Positions 12,884 through 25,254 of a DNA stretch of 64,000 nt are shown in pieces. Numbering within the stretch: position 1 is the first letter of the stretch; each line of letters opens with the position of its first letter. The notes below the pieces were generated by a model. The model did no database searches, was not told the origin of the DNA, and was given only the letters and a program-made list of their open reading frames with translations. The translations under genes and the position numbers were made by a program. The DNA lies in contig NC_135761.1 in NCBI RefSeq assembly GCF_052425735.1, positions 12,152,001 to 12,216,000 on the forward strand, given 5' to 3'. The DNA is from Oculina patagonica. Its lineage: Eukaryota.

Positions 12884-15106
12884 CTTGTTGTACTTGTAAA
12901 CTCTGCGACGATTCTGCCGATCTCTAACGCCCTGTGATTGCACCAGTGATTAAGGTAGCTATTGAATCAAATAACTGTTAACTTGACAACGTTGACACGT
13001 AGAAATTTGTGTCTAAGCCACTGAAATAAATGCTAATAGGCAAACCTTTCCGTCACGCGTGCGATCAAAACTTGTAAGCTCCTTTCGGTTCCCGGTTCAC
13101 TGATCATAAATTAACACGGGGTAAAAATGTTAAATTTATGTTGACATAAAAAATCGTCATCTAGACATGGGGTATTGGTTGTCCGATCCGTTATTAAGTA
13201 AAACAAGTTCCCTAAACTTTTCAGTCTTCAGCAAACTTCTGCTCCGTATTAAACGCCCTGAGGGATTTAGAGCTCAATTACAAATTCAAGATCCCGTCCT
13301 GAGAATAAACTCGATGCACGAAACAAACGAATGCAAATAAATGTACGAATAATTTATTTGAATTAAATAACATCCCGTTGATTCGCCAAGACCCAAGGTT
13401 AAAATATACTCAAAATATACCTAACTTGTTAATTATTAACTTGTTTCGGACAGAAATGACGCTAGAGCACTGTTCTTCAAGCTTATTATCGTGATGAAGA
13501 CAGTAAGGGGCTTCATAAAACGCTTTTATTGTTATGGCTGTAACCAACGAACCATAGTTATCATAAACGGAAACACGAAATCGTTTTTTTTGCGTCATAA
13601 ATATTTGGTATGTGTAGGGTTCTAGAAGCCGAAGAAGTTTCTATGCATGTACGACTTTATTCAATTTCTCGTTATAAAGGTCCATTAATGCTGCCTAGCA
13701 TGTTCGTATGGATTTTTTCTTTCCAGCTTAGCACGGAGACTTACAAAGAGGATGTAATTGCAGTAATAGCAGTCCACATTCACATCCAGAGTCAATTGAA
13801 GTAGGCAAATATTAAATCTTTTAAGTCTATGGATTTATGGATGAGTTCCCGGTGAGACCATTCAAATGAAAGCTATTGAGCTTGACTTTCATGTGGTGCT
13901 GTTTGTTCCTTGATATTATGCGAAAAGAAATTGAAGAATATTTTATCATTGTGAACTTAAACACTCTTGGAAGTGAATTAAAGGATTTTAACTTTCGTAC
14001 CGTGCGAGGGCAGACAGATTTCCTTCTCTTGTTTGTTGAGCCAAAAATCCGTCTGCTTTTCGTGGCTATAAGGTCATTTCTTTTAAAAAATAAATAAATA
14101 ACAGCTTCTCTTTTCCTTAGCGTATGGATCACTTCATTCCCACCATTCTAAAGAAAAAATAGCTGAAAAAATAAGCTCAGAAGGCAAGCAGCACTTTTAC
14201 CCAGCAATCAGCGCGGCGAGCTCGTTCCATTGTCTTTTCTGTCTTTAAAATCCAACATGGCGGCTACCCCGAACTGGTACCCTCTGGAGAATGTACGTCA
14301 AAACGCCACCACTGAAGACAAAACGCCTCTGGCGGGATTTTTACGTGAAATAAGCTTTCTTGTATACTTAAACCTTCGGCGCGGCACGTCTTAAGGACGA
14401 GGAATATACAGTCAGTTCATATGTTTTCCTTTGGGGAAGCTGTTTTCTTACGTGAATCAATTATTTTGTCCATACTGTGGAAAGTGCGTTTAATCGTTTC
14501 CGGGGAGCATTTTGAGCGGTTCAGGGGATGACGATTGTGCGAGCCCTCAAGTTTGGTCATGTGCTTTGAGTGCGCATGTAAAAAGTAGAGTGGGCCGAGA
14601 CCCATTCTTGTCAATTCAAAACAGATGAACTACCTCAGGTTAAAAGACGACTGAATGACTAGCTCTGTAAAAGACGGATTTTCGCACCTGGCGGTAATCC
14701 GTCTGCTTTAGCAAATGATGAAATGATGCTTTAGCAAATGATGAAGAAACTGTTTTCATTAAGAGGACTTAATGTATTAAAACGTCTTAAGCGCATAGCG
14801 GATGGTCTGTCTGAATGATCGGTTTATTATTATTATTAATCTAGAAACGAGATTAACTATGATTATCCTATGATCATGATTTACTGCTACTGAAATTTTG
14901 GCGGCTAAATTGTTCAATGTTAGCTTAGCGTAATTTTAACTGTTCAAATTATGGAAGTGGTCTGAGTATCGAGTACCTTGAAATCTTCTCTATATAATAA
15001 GCGTCTATACAGAAAACAGTTAAATTCAATCGCGAAGTTACGCGTCGTCTTCGCTAGCACGTTTTCAAACCGTATATAAAGTGTTCCGTCTACACGACTA
15101 TCTTCC

Positions 15107-15757
15107 AATCTCGTCCCCAGACGTCCCTGCCTTTCTTTTGATAAGCACCAAGAACGCGGACGCTGGTCAAGTAAGATCCCGCGAATATGCTCAAATCTGA
15201 TTTGCTGACAATCAAAATGAGCACTCTGCACCTACTCAAAAATTGGACTTGGTCAGATCGGATACTTAGGCCCGGTTCAGACGCCGATCTTTTCATGAGC
15301 CGAACCTAATTGAATTAAGTACATGAAAAGTTCGGCGTCTGAATCAAATGAGAACTAAAGCTATTTCAATTTGGAACGGCTCAGCACGTTCTTCCCGCCT
15401 GGCTTGGCCGAGAATTTCGCCTGTGGAACGCCTTTGGAACGGCTTTGATTCAGACGCCGTACTTTTCATGTGCCGATCCTAATTCATTATACATTATACG
15501 TTATAATAATGTATTTTGCCGGAGTTTGACTTGTTTTATCGGAACTGTATTAGGAACGGCCTCGGAACGGCCAAAAAGTACGGCGTCTGAATCAAGAGGC
15601 GTACTTTTGTCAATTTGGGTCGGTCCAAATTCGAATTGAGTTCGGCTCATGAAAAGTACGGCGTCTGAACTGGGCCTTAGTCTACTAACTATGGCCAGAG
15701 TCAGCAGAGTCCGCGTTCTTGGTGCTGACCAAAACAAAAGCGGCTTTTGGTGAAGAG
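15107..15757. mobile_element. TIR element hosting a nested MITE
   Basis: agcaccaagaacgcggac near 15144 is inverted at ~15708-15726; caatctcgtcccca start shared with other MITEs here. Confidence 0.6.
15269..15676. mobile_element. PIF/Harbinger-type MITE
   Basis: TTA-GGCCCGGTTCAGACGCCG...CGGCGTCTGAACTGGGCC-TTA; 3-bp TTA duplication; internal inverted repeats. Confidence 0.9.
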
Positions 15758-16665
15758 TCTCGACAGTCTATGTGTTCTTTTTACTCAGTCGTCTATGAAT
15801 GCGGCATGTGCATGCAGCATCTAGTCATTCAAGGCATGGGTGGACTAAACTTGATAGTGTTACGTCACCGTTTCGGTCAACTTCGCCTTTTCCGCTCACA
15901 CGGTGTTGGCAAATCTCTGACATTTTTCAAGAATCTCATCTGATTTTGGTCCCTTCCCTGCCGCTTTTGAGTCATTTCACTGTAACTAAAATCCCTGTAA
16001 GACGGAAACTTGGAGCCGGTCCCTACGGTGTCCGTAGTATGTAGGTAGAGTTAACCGTAGTATGTATTTTTAGTTAAAATGGCCATCTGACAAACAGTAT
16101 TTTTATCAGTATGCATCCAGGCACAGATGAAAAAAATGACCATATGGAAAAAAGCCTTGTGCACTTTCTTGTGAATTAATGCTGTAACCACAATTTGGCC
16201 AACTGTGGTGCAGGTTGATGAGTATAGCATGCTGGTTCAGCGGATTGGCAGGTGGAAAGCTCATCCCTAGCCTCCGTTTAAGAGTGCGCGATCGCGAGAA
16301 GGCCGCGCGAGGAAAATTCCACTACTCGTCCTTTTTTCTTGTAGCCGACGAAAGCCTCATTTCTTTGTCAGTCAAGTCACAAACCGCAAAGTTATACTGG
16401 ATAAAACTCAAAATTGAGAGAAACAATCAATCACTTTCCCACAAAACCAGCGGACAACCACAACAGATATGGTATTCAGTTCAGAGTGAGGACTGGGCTT
16501 CACGTACCAAAATGTGTCATTACCAATGCGACTGCTAATTAAAATTCTACAATGTAAAGAATTAAATGACTGCTTATCAGCAACGAAAAGCAGTTTAATA
16601 AGTGCTGTATAATTTTTTAGGTATTTAGTTTTCTTTTCCAAAAAACTTACAAATTCCTCCAAACG

Positions 16666-17220
16666 TCATTCTTTTCCCTTAAAACGAGCCGGTAACTGCG
16701 CCATTTTCTCCACCAGTAATGCGATCATATCTTCGTCGCGTTTCTCTATCGCGATATGAAAAGGAATATACTTCTCGATCGTTTCAGCGTATAAGTCAGC
16801 TCCGTTGCAAATCAACAGGCGAGCGAGTTCCACATGACCGCCAAGAACAGCCGCGTGAAGAGCAGTCCAATCTTCGCTATCCACAGTGTTAATTTTCGCG
16901 CCACAATCTAACAGTGCCTTTACACATTCCAGCCTCCCTTCGAACGCTGCTTCGTGAATCAGTGGAACGCCACTTTTGCTCATTTCGTTGACCTTAATTC
17001 CTTCCTCTTTGACAATTCGAGGGATCTCGTCGGGTTTGTTGTTCATTACCGCCTCCCGGAGGTTACTACTGTAGCTCCTACGGCGCTCCGATTTGTACTT
17101 CAATTTAAAACTATTCACGCACAATTTATCCGCAGTTTTCTTGACATCTCCGTTGCCAGAATTTCCTTCATCCTCCCATAAATCGATTTTTATTTTGGGT
17201 GTTTGCCGCTTTGTCGCCAT
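16666..17220 (-). CDS. Small ankyrin-repeat protein, PPP1R27-like, no canonical RVxF (184 aa)
   Basis: Single ORF with SGVPLIHEAAFEGRLECVKALL and DWTALHAAVLGGH repeats resembling PPP1R27/MYPT ankyrins; paralogous to 20500-21156. Confidence 0.8.
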   Translation of the reverse strand: MATKRQTPKIKIDLWEDEGNSGNGDVKKTADKLCVNSFKLKYKSERRRSYSSNLREAVMNNKPDEIPRIVKEEGIKVNEMSKSGVPLIHEAAFEGRLECVKALLDCGAKINTVDSEDWTALHAAVLGGHVELARLLICNGADLYAETIEKYIPFHIAIEKRDEDMIALLVEKMAQLPARFKGKE

Positions 17221-18202
17221 TTGAACTATCGCAGGTTCACACTTTTGCTGTAATTAAATGAAACTGAAGGCGAATCTGGCTTGTTCAAATGCCATTAAAG
17301 ACGTACTTTCTTGCAAAGATCGCGCGTGGGGTCAGTCTTCGTGCGCTCGCGGAGAAGAAAACACCATTTGTTTACCATCAAATTGCACTCCCTTTGCTTC
17401 TTGTCTCGGACGGAGTTAGCTCACCAAGTTTTAATAACAACTGCACTTTTGACGTGCGTCAGACAATGACAAGTTCTCATGGGAGAGATTAGCGGGTTGT
17501 TGGGAAGAACGCTAATTTTATGCGACTTAAAAGGCAAACAAAGTGACTGCTCTTTGAAATGCGAACAAACGTCCAAAACTAGCGATTATATTTGGCCACA
17601 AGTCACGAAAAGCTCAATTCCGACTTCTTTCGTGCTTAATAACTAGAAATCAATATGGCGTGCAGGATATTTTAGAAACCTAATGAAATAACGGGCAAAA
17701 ACTAAGTCAGCTAATACTTCTTTTGTTTCGGCGTCGCGGCGTTAATTATGTCGACATGAAAGAAAAATCTGCAAATTACAGCCTTTTAGTCATTTAAACA
17801 AACAAAACCCTTCTAACGACGAATTTGCGAAAATGAAAATATCGCTTCCGGATACAGACTGCCTGGGAAATTTGACAAGGTAATTATCATAATTATCCCG
17901 ATCAAAGGTGGATAAAAATATTGTTTTATAAACCTATAATTTATCTTACCCACAGCGCAAACCTAATCCTAAATCCTTAATTAAATAAAAAGGCAAGTTA
18001 GAATGAGTCACAACTGAATTGTTTTGTACAGTTCTTTTGAAAGATGTGTTACATCTTTATGGTTTCCTGTGCTATGTAGAATGCGTAGGATGTAATTTAC
18101 TGGAAAAGAAAAGAACGGGAACAAAGATAAAGTTCCCGCCTTATTTTACATCAAAGACTCCGGTAGTGTTGTCATCAATAAAAATATTTAACATTGCTTC
18201 TA

Positions 18203-18381
18203 CTCTCTCTTCCGCGGAGGCCTCTTATTTTTTCGTACGGGCTGGGAAATGGGGAGATGTGAAAATTAAGCGTGCGGAGCCTGGAGAGAATTGAAACGAA
18301 AGCGCGCGGGGGTCTCTGGGAAGGGAAAAGGCATGCGTTTTTCGCCTTCCTCCACTGAAGGAGCTTCTGCGGAGGAGAGAG
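18203..18381. mobile_element. MITE with 9-bp TSD
   Basis: CTCTCTCTTCCGCGGAGGC...GCTTCTGCGGAGGAGAGAG flanked by ttgcttcta / ttgcgtcta. Confidence 0.75.
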
Positions 18382-18671
18382 TTGCGTCTATAACTTCCAA
18401 TGAGAGCTACGTTGTTTTCATGCCCTCGCCAGCCGTTTTTTTGCCCCGTACAAGCATCGAGCTTTAGTAATTTCAGAACAAGGAGTCAACTACAAACCGG
18501 CTTCATCATTAAATCATGCTCGGAGAAAACGTGATTAATCATCTACGAAAGATTTGAAAACATTTTCACTCTACTTTACAAGTATGTCAAGCCAGTGCAA
18601 AGCATAACATGCCAGCCGTATATACGCATGGTTTCGTTTAGTTGCGGCTGTTAACATTGTTGCAATTGTTC

Positions 18672-18910
18672 TAGACTACTGGTAGTCTGTCTTTTCTTTT
18701 AGGGTCTAAGTAGCGCGCGCATATACTAATCTGTAGAGACGCGAGCCGCAAACTTACGGATGAACGAGAAAGGGATTTTCCTCGATCGCGCGGGGTGAGA
18801 GCGCGCGCTCTCTTGTCCTTCCCCAATCTCTCCTCGCGCGTACTGAACCTTCTCCTAAGCCTTATACTGCCTTACAAATTTCGAGAGAAAAACAGACTGC
18901 AAGCAGTCTA
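18672..18910. mobile_element. MITE with perfect 9-bp TSD
   Basis: TAGACTAC...GCAGTCTA flanked by caattgttc on both sides. Confidence 0.85.
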
Positions 18911-18921
18911 CAATTGTTCTC

Positions 18922-19512
18922 TCTGACATGTAGCAGTGACAAGATTATGTGTTGTTCACAGAGATGGGACGTAGAGCGGGGACATGTAGCAGCAACAAAA
19001 ATCTCAATGTGTACTGGGGTGGGGGAGGGTAGAGGTATTTTCTGAAGGAGCATGTCGCAGCGACGTCCTCTCGTGTGTGCTGATTATTTTTTGGCAAGCA
19101 TAATACGAACTTTGAAGCCGTTTTGTCCCTGCGACATGTTGCACGGAATTCAACTCGTTCAAGTTCGTGCAACATGTCGCAAGGACAAAATGTTGCACGT
19201 GCCAAAAATTATCATAACACACGCGAGGGGATGTGTCGCTGCTACATGTCCCTGGGGCATGTCCCCACTACAGTTACTTGTGTGTGTACACATCTTGATT
19301 TTGTTGCTGCTACATGTCCCCGCGACACGTCCCTGCTGCATGTCCCTTCTCGACCCTTCAGTGTGAACAATACATGATTTTGTCGTTGCTACATGTCGCT
19401 GCGCCGGCCTCAAGAGTCCTCATGGGCCCGATGAGGATAAGTAAGTAAGTAAGTAAGTACATGTCGCTGCGACGTGTTCCTGCGTCTTGTCCCCACGTGT
19501 GCGGGGACCTTT
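18922..19512. mobile_element. MITE-like element of internal inverted acatgt/gcgac repeats
   Basis: ggggacatgtagcagcaacaaaa vs ttttgttgctgctacatgtcccc; many acatgtcgc units. Confidence 0.7.
19404..19457 (+). mobile_element. Extremely 5'-truncated non-LTR retrotransposon tail (RTE-like) ending (TAAG)5
   Basis: Flanked by exact 14-bp duplication tacatgtcgctgcg at 19390-19403 and 19458-19471. Confidence 0.75.
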
Positions 19513-19861
19513 AAAGCAAAAGTATTACTTTTTCTTACCTGCTTGACACGAATCGAGTTGAATTAGCAATAAAGTTTACGCTACTTAAATCACCGGAAAT
19601 CCGGTCGTCAAGTGCCACCATACTATACTGGTTTTAAAATAATCTTTTAAAAACAATTACGTGACAAAATATGAAAACCGCGAGAGTTTGACACGCATAT
19701 CACTCCCAATTCAAATTAATGACAACCACATCCCGTCTGGTATTGTAGCTAAGAAGCGTACAGTAACAAAAAACCCAATTTTGAAAGCTTTTTGTTTCAC
19801 TTCGTGCTTAGGAAAAAAGGGCATACATACTTGCTGGGACTTGTTTCTTTTCGCAATGTCT

Positions 19862-20016
19862 CGTGACGTCACGCTAGTGGGATCACGTCACGAGACGAAG
19901 CCAACACGCACACGCAATTTCACAGGCCGAAAAAGAAAAATACGTCACATATCGTTGAGGTCAAGTCTTCGATTATTCTCTTTATTATTTTTGAAAAAAC
20001 GAGTCGGAACACGTCA
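19862..20016 (+). promoter_or_regulatory. CRE cluster upstream of the RVxF ankyrin gene
   Basis: TGACGTCA at 19864-19871 within palindrome CGTGACGTCACG; CGTCA half-sites at 19886, 19943, 20012. Confidence 0.6.
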
Positions 20017-20499
20017 TTTATCAGTTTTTCCAAGTAGTCAAAAACAAAGCATCCTATGAATGGAGGAGTTAACAGTTTATTTTTGGAGGTAATGTTATTG
20101 TTGATTATGAAAACATTAATGTTGTTTTTAGTCCCTATCTTAGATTAGTTAAGCGGTTCTACAAACAATCGGCGTGACCCCTTAGACTGAAAAACAGCAC
20201 TGTAGCATATATTACCCAAGATTAAGACGCATTGTACACGCTCCCGTGATTTCTCGTTATTTTACAGCGGGTTGCCAGCGGAATATTTTACGGTGTGATT
20301 ACAAAGCTCGCACAAGCAAATCATTTCAACATCCCATTTACCGATTTCAACTGGAGTGAAACAACGTCAATACAAAACTCATCGACTTGTTAAAATCACA
20401 TCGTGACTTGAGTTTTATTGATGCGTGGAGGGCATGTTGGAGTAGCAGTAAATCTCTTTGATCAGATAAATGTCCGCTGCTTTCATCTAAAGAACGCAT

Positions 20500-21156
20500 A
20501 TGCTTTTGGCTCACAGTATGATGGCTGAGCGCAACAAAAGACGAGCCCTTCTTTCCGAGACTGATGCAGCTAATTTAGCATCTGGAACTTTCTTGTATCC
20601 GAAAACTGTTTTACCGAGAGCGGCTTCGACACCGGAAATACCACTGGAAATCCGTAGCTCGTCTAAAGATTATTCCGTAGAGGAAAACAACGTATGTAAA
20701 AGGAAATACAGTCGTCCTCGGAGTGTCAGCTTCCACCCAGACATACGGCTATATTACGCCGCCACAACCAACGATTTAGAGGAGGTTAAGATGTTGGTAG
20801 AGTCGGGAATGGCTGACGTGAACGCCACCAACCCGGCCGAGGGCGCTACCGCGTTACACGGTGCCGCCTACGAAGGACACGTTGATTGTCTTCGGTATCT
20901 TCTTGAAAACGGCGCAGACGTGAACATTCATGACGATGATGGCTGGACGTCGCTACACGCCGCCGTGATTGGGAAGAAAAGGAAATGTGTTGAACTTTTA
21001 TTGAAAGCAAACTGTGACCCTTTTGCCGAGACCATCGATGGCTTGACGCCATTTCAAATGGCCATAGAAATAGGGAATGATAAAATTCTAAGACAGTTCG
21101 TAAAGAGGTTTAGTTCGATGATGGATGACGACTCTGTCCCAGAGACATCAGTATGA
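20500..21156 (+). CDS. Ankyrin-repeat PP1 regulatory subunit, PPP1R27-like (218 aa)
   Basis: RSVSFHPD (RVxF) directly before ankyrin repeats (GATALHGAAYEGHVDCLRYLL, GWTSLHAAV); ends ETSV. Confidence 0.85.
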   Translation: MLLAHSMMAERNKRRALLSETDAANLASGTFLYPKTVLPRAASTPEIPLEIRSSSKDYSVEENNVCKRKYSRPRSVSFHPDIRLYYAATTNDLEEVKMLVESGMADVNATNPAEGATALHGAAYEGHVDCLRYLLENGADVNIHDDDGWTSLHAAVIGKKRKCVELLLKANCDPFAETIDGLTPFQMAIEIGNDKILRQFVKRFSSMMDDDSVPETSV

Positions 21157-23386
21157 ATTCTGTGAATTCAGGTTGTTAGCAGTGATCGGAAAATTGACAG
21201 ATCTTTTAAGAAAAGTGTGGACATGGACTAGTGTTAATTGAGTTGACGCCGGCCTCTTCTATGCAATACTCAGCCAAACAGGAAAGAGGCGAAGTATAAA
21301 GTGTATATAGATTTTTCTTTACTTCAAATTCAATCTTCAAAAAAAAAAAAAAAAACTGATCTAACCGTACGTTTCACCTTAGCACCCTTCACCGTCGAGG
21401 CTTAAACCTATTGATCACAATTTTAGGGAATAAAGTTGAGCCTCTACAAATCAAAGTTTTGTTAACTATTTTGAATGTTGACTCATTACTATGGCGTATT
21501 GTCTTTCTCAAGAGGAGCACGCTTTGGCATGGCTTCTAACCCATTCAAAATGCTTGATGCGTTACAAATTTGCTATATAATAGTTCAGGGCTGTTAGTCC
21601 AAATATAACGACCCTTGTTATTACTCACCCTGTGGGAGTCATTACCGTTGGAGTGGAACTGAATGATATACGACCCCCCCCCCCCCCCCAATACATCAGA
21701 CATGCTTCATGTCACGCGCGCGCGTTTTCGCGAACTGGAGGATCACGCGAGGACGATTAGCAGCCTCCTCAAGAAATCAAACTTGTCGCCAAATGCAAAT
21801 TAGGTGAAAAGCTACTAAGACTTCTTAAATACATCTCTAGTACCTTTGCAGAGAACTGCATAAAGACGTTGACGCTAGTTTATTCTCCAAAATCGCATGA
21901 CGTGACAAAAAGGGCACATGACAGTCCAATTTATAGGACTATGAGTTTCCGAATGGAGAGGAGAAGTCTGTCTACTTACTGAAAATCCGATTACGCCTTC
22001 AAATTATTGGGGTTATATTTACCACTGACCCCAATTTTCCACGTCACAAGCTTGCACGGGACCGAAATAAACTATACTGTTTCAGTGATAAAGTAATGAT
22101 TTTCTAAGTCAGTTGCTTAAGATCATCTGTTGAAGTGTGCAGAAACACTGAAAACACTCTCAGCATATTTGGTCCATCTTCAGCACTATAATGAACCGAC
22201 GTTATAGAAGATTCCTGCAAATGCAGTTATAATCACTTCACCACACAGGTCTTCATTTAATTCACTTTAATTTGTCTTAAGTAGTGACGCACGAGGTCTT
22301 TGACAACCGTTACAAAATCTTTCTAGTAAAATTAACTTAGCGAAAGAAGTACGTGTTGTCTGTGAAAATACAGGATGCAAATGCAAGATTTTTAGAAAAC
22401 AGCAGAGTTCCGGGTCCTCTTTAGCAAAACAGTTTGTTATAAGTTTGAACAGTGGTCAAAAGTGGTCAGGATGAGTAGTTACAGGTTTGAGGCCTGGGTC
22501 AGAGTTCAGTCGTTGATCCTCTCCTGTAGCTAATTGCTGTATCGTTTGACGCGACAATCTACAATTATGTCTCAAAAGAAGATTATTTTTTACTAATTGT
22601 TAATATTATATTACGGCAAATTCTTAGCCAGACTTAGGACTTGGCAATTTGTTTAATGAAGACAAACTGCTACCCCGGCTGATCAGTGCTGTGTAATGTT
22701 ACGGGAGAAATTTCCCTGTTTCAGTCATTTCTGTGTTTATCCTTATTAAGCATTTAAAATCTTTCAAAAAGCCAACAGTAGTTTTAAAGTAAAAAACAAA
22801 CGCTTGTTAAGTTCAATCTTATATTTTTATTCAACTACTTGTATATTTGTCAGCTGTTCTTAGTTAATTTCTTTGTAAGATATTCGTTTGTACTGAACTG
22901 TGTACTTTTCGCTTAGTCATGTTGAACTTTGTACTTGTACATCTACGGACTTAAGATAATTTCTTTGTTTGATATTCATATTGCATCAGCTTCTTTCGAA
23001 AGGATATGATGCAATACACATCACAGTAAAGATTCCTATGGACAGGACCCACTGTAGTAGAAAGAAAAACAATTAAAGTTTAGAAAGTCTTTACTCTAAG
23101 AATCCTGTCGTGATTCGGGTCTATCGGCATTCCCTCAATTCAAATGTTTAAAAAACGTGTTTAATCACAAATGTGATTAAAATCAATGATTTCAAGTCAT
23201 TAACGGTCTCATATTATTAATCTCATTATTTTTGCGCGTTTTGAGCCAAGAAGGCCAAACTCAGAAATCCTGGCGATTCCATTTTCGTACCCAGAGCCCT
23301 TCGATCCACTTGGCCGGTAGTCCTGGGCACAAGAGGCTCCGATCAAATTTTATAACTTCCGCCGGTCTCTTGCCATGACTGTAACT

Positions 23387-23508
23387 CAACCTCGTCTCCA
23401 GGGTCTTCTCCGTTTTCAAAATGGCGGCTGGTCGGCGGCTCGTCGTCTTCTCAAGACGAGCCACCATTTTGAAAACTCGTCGCCGGAAGGACCCTGGGGA
23501 CGAGGTTG
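23387..23508. mobile_element. 122-bp MITE
   Basis: CAACCTCGT...ACGAGGTTG flanked by gactgtaact / gactgtaacg. Confidence 0.8.
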
Positions 23509-25254
23509 GACTGTAACGGTGGTAATCTAGAATGGGGTGAAGATGACTCAAAAACTTCCAGTTCTCTGTAGATGTTTTTGTAGCCTTTTATATATTTTAA
23601 GAAATTTGAAACTTGCGAAAACATTTAATCGTGAACTTCTGCTACTGCGTGTTTTGTCCTCGATTTGTCTGGCCTGCTAAGCGGTGAAATATGAGCATGA
23701 AGGCATTTAATTATAACTTACAATGGTGCCAAAGTTATAAATTCGTAACAGGTCAAAATTAAAGTCTTCCAAACATTGAAAAATAAACATTTTCCTTGGG
23801 GGTTGGAGTCTAACCGAGGTCTACATTTTGGTCATTTTCCATCAAGATAGCCGGTATGGTGGTATTCATATTATTATGCAAATGCTCTCTGCCAGAAGGC
23901 AAACATTGGAAAGAAGACAATTCTTGGAAAATAGTCACAGTCGAGAGCCAAGTTATGAAATATTGATGGTGTTACCTTGACTTGCTAACGACACGACACA
24001 TCTTTTTATCTTTTTAACAAAGTGTAAAAATTCTAGAAAACTTCGCAGAATATCCTCTATTACAATTCGAAAAGAAAAACTACGAAAACCCTTATTATAA
24101 GCACTAAGAACCCGATTGAAATTCCCGATACTTACTTGCTTGCCTCATCAGAAACCAGTTGCACAATTTGCATTACAATATAAAACAAACTTGGCTATCG
24201 TGAATGGGTCCTGTCGATTCCAAAGATACAGCTTCTAATTCATGCAAGTGCAAAATTGAGGCCCCTTGAATTTGCCTCTTATAGATAGCACGCATCACTG
24301 AAACATCTGCATATATACCTGTCTGATCCGCTTCAAAATCGAAACGGAGATAATACGCAAGCGAAATGCCTCGAGGGACTTAATTTCATGTCGAAATTGC
24401 CCTCGATAAAAAAATAAAAAGTTAACATCAATTTAAAGAAAGAAGAAAATCGGACTTTTTTTTAAATTATTTTCACATACAGCTAAATGTTTAACACTTC
24501 GCAAAGAAGAAATTTGGAATGTAAATTGCGTCTGAGCGAAATACTCCAAGGGACTTTCATGTCGAAGTTCTCCCCAACACAAACTGACTAAAATCCGTTT
24601 AAATGGGTCAAATTTATTTTAAAAATAATTGTCTTTCCATATGCATTAAAGAGTTTACTTGCTGAAGATAAAATCAGGAATGTAAATTAATGTATTTTAT
24701 TTTTACCTTAGGCTAATCCGTAAAATAAGCTACACTTTCAAAATCATTGTTGTATTAAGTGACTTTAAAAAATAAAATATTCTTCAATTCTATGGTAAAA
24801 GTCCATTTTTTCGGAAAAAATTCATTTCACTTAAAGATTTGTCCAGCTGTTTCCTAGAATGTCTAAAATAGCATGTTTTATAGTACAGGTTTACTTAATA
24901 ATACTTTCTTTTGACAAAATATTGCCAATTGATTTCTTTTAAAAAATAAGACATTTGTCTTTGTCATGGAAATTGTAAGTTGAAGCCACCCCTTACAAAT
25001 GTTAATTTGCCGTCTCCTGAAGAAAGTCATGAAATCCTCTTTAAACATCTTTAAAACCCTGTACTAAAAACAGAAAATCCTTGTTAATTCTTCGCAACCT
25101 TCGGTCATCTTTGCTCGGCTTTTGCTTCTTAAAATTAGCACCTTTTAAAACCATCCTTTACAAGAACAATTTATTTTGCATGTGAAATTATCTAAATGTC
25201 CTAAGGTGGGGATTAAGTATTGTTGTGATAAGTAATGGACACAAAGTTAAAAGC

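Noticed and set aside
12884-12943. Longer N-terminus of the FANK1 ORF in the track
   Set aside because: Starts at GTG; first ATG is at 12883
14258-14395. Short ORF starting aacATGGCGG
   Set aside because: 45 codons, no homology or splice support
18862-19413. Multiple overlapping ORFs and regularly repeated acatgt units
   Set aside because: Internal repeats of a MITE; not coding and not a CRISPR array (no constant repeat with unique spacers)
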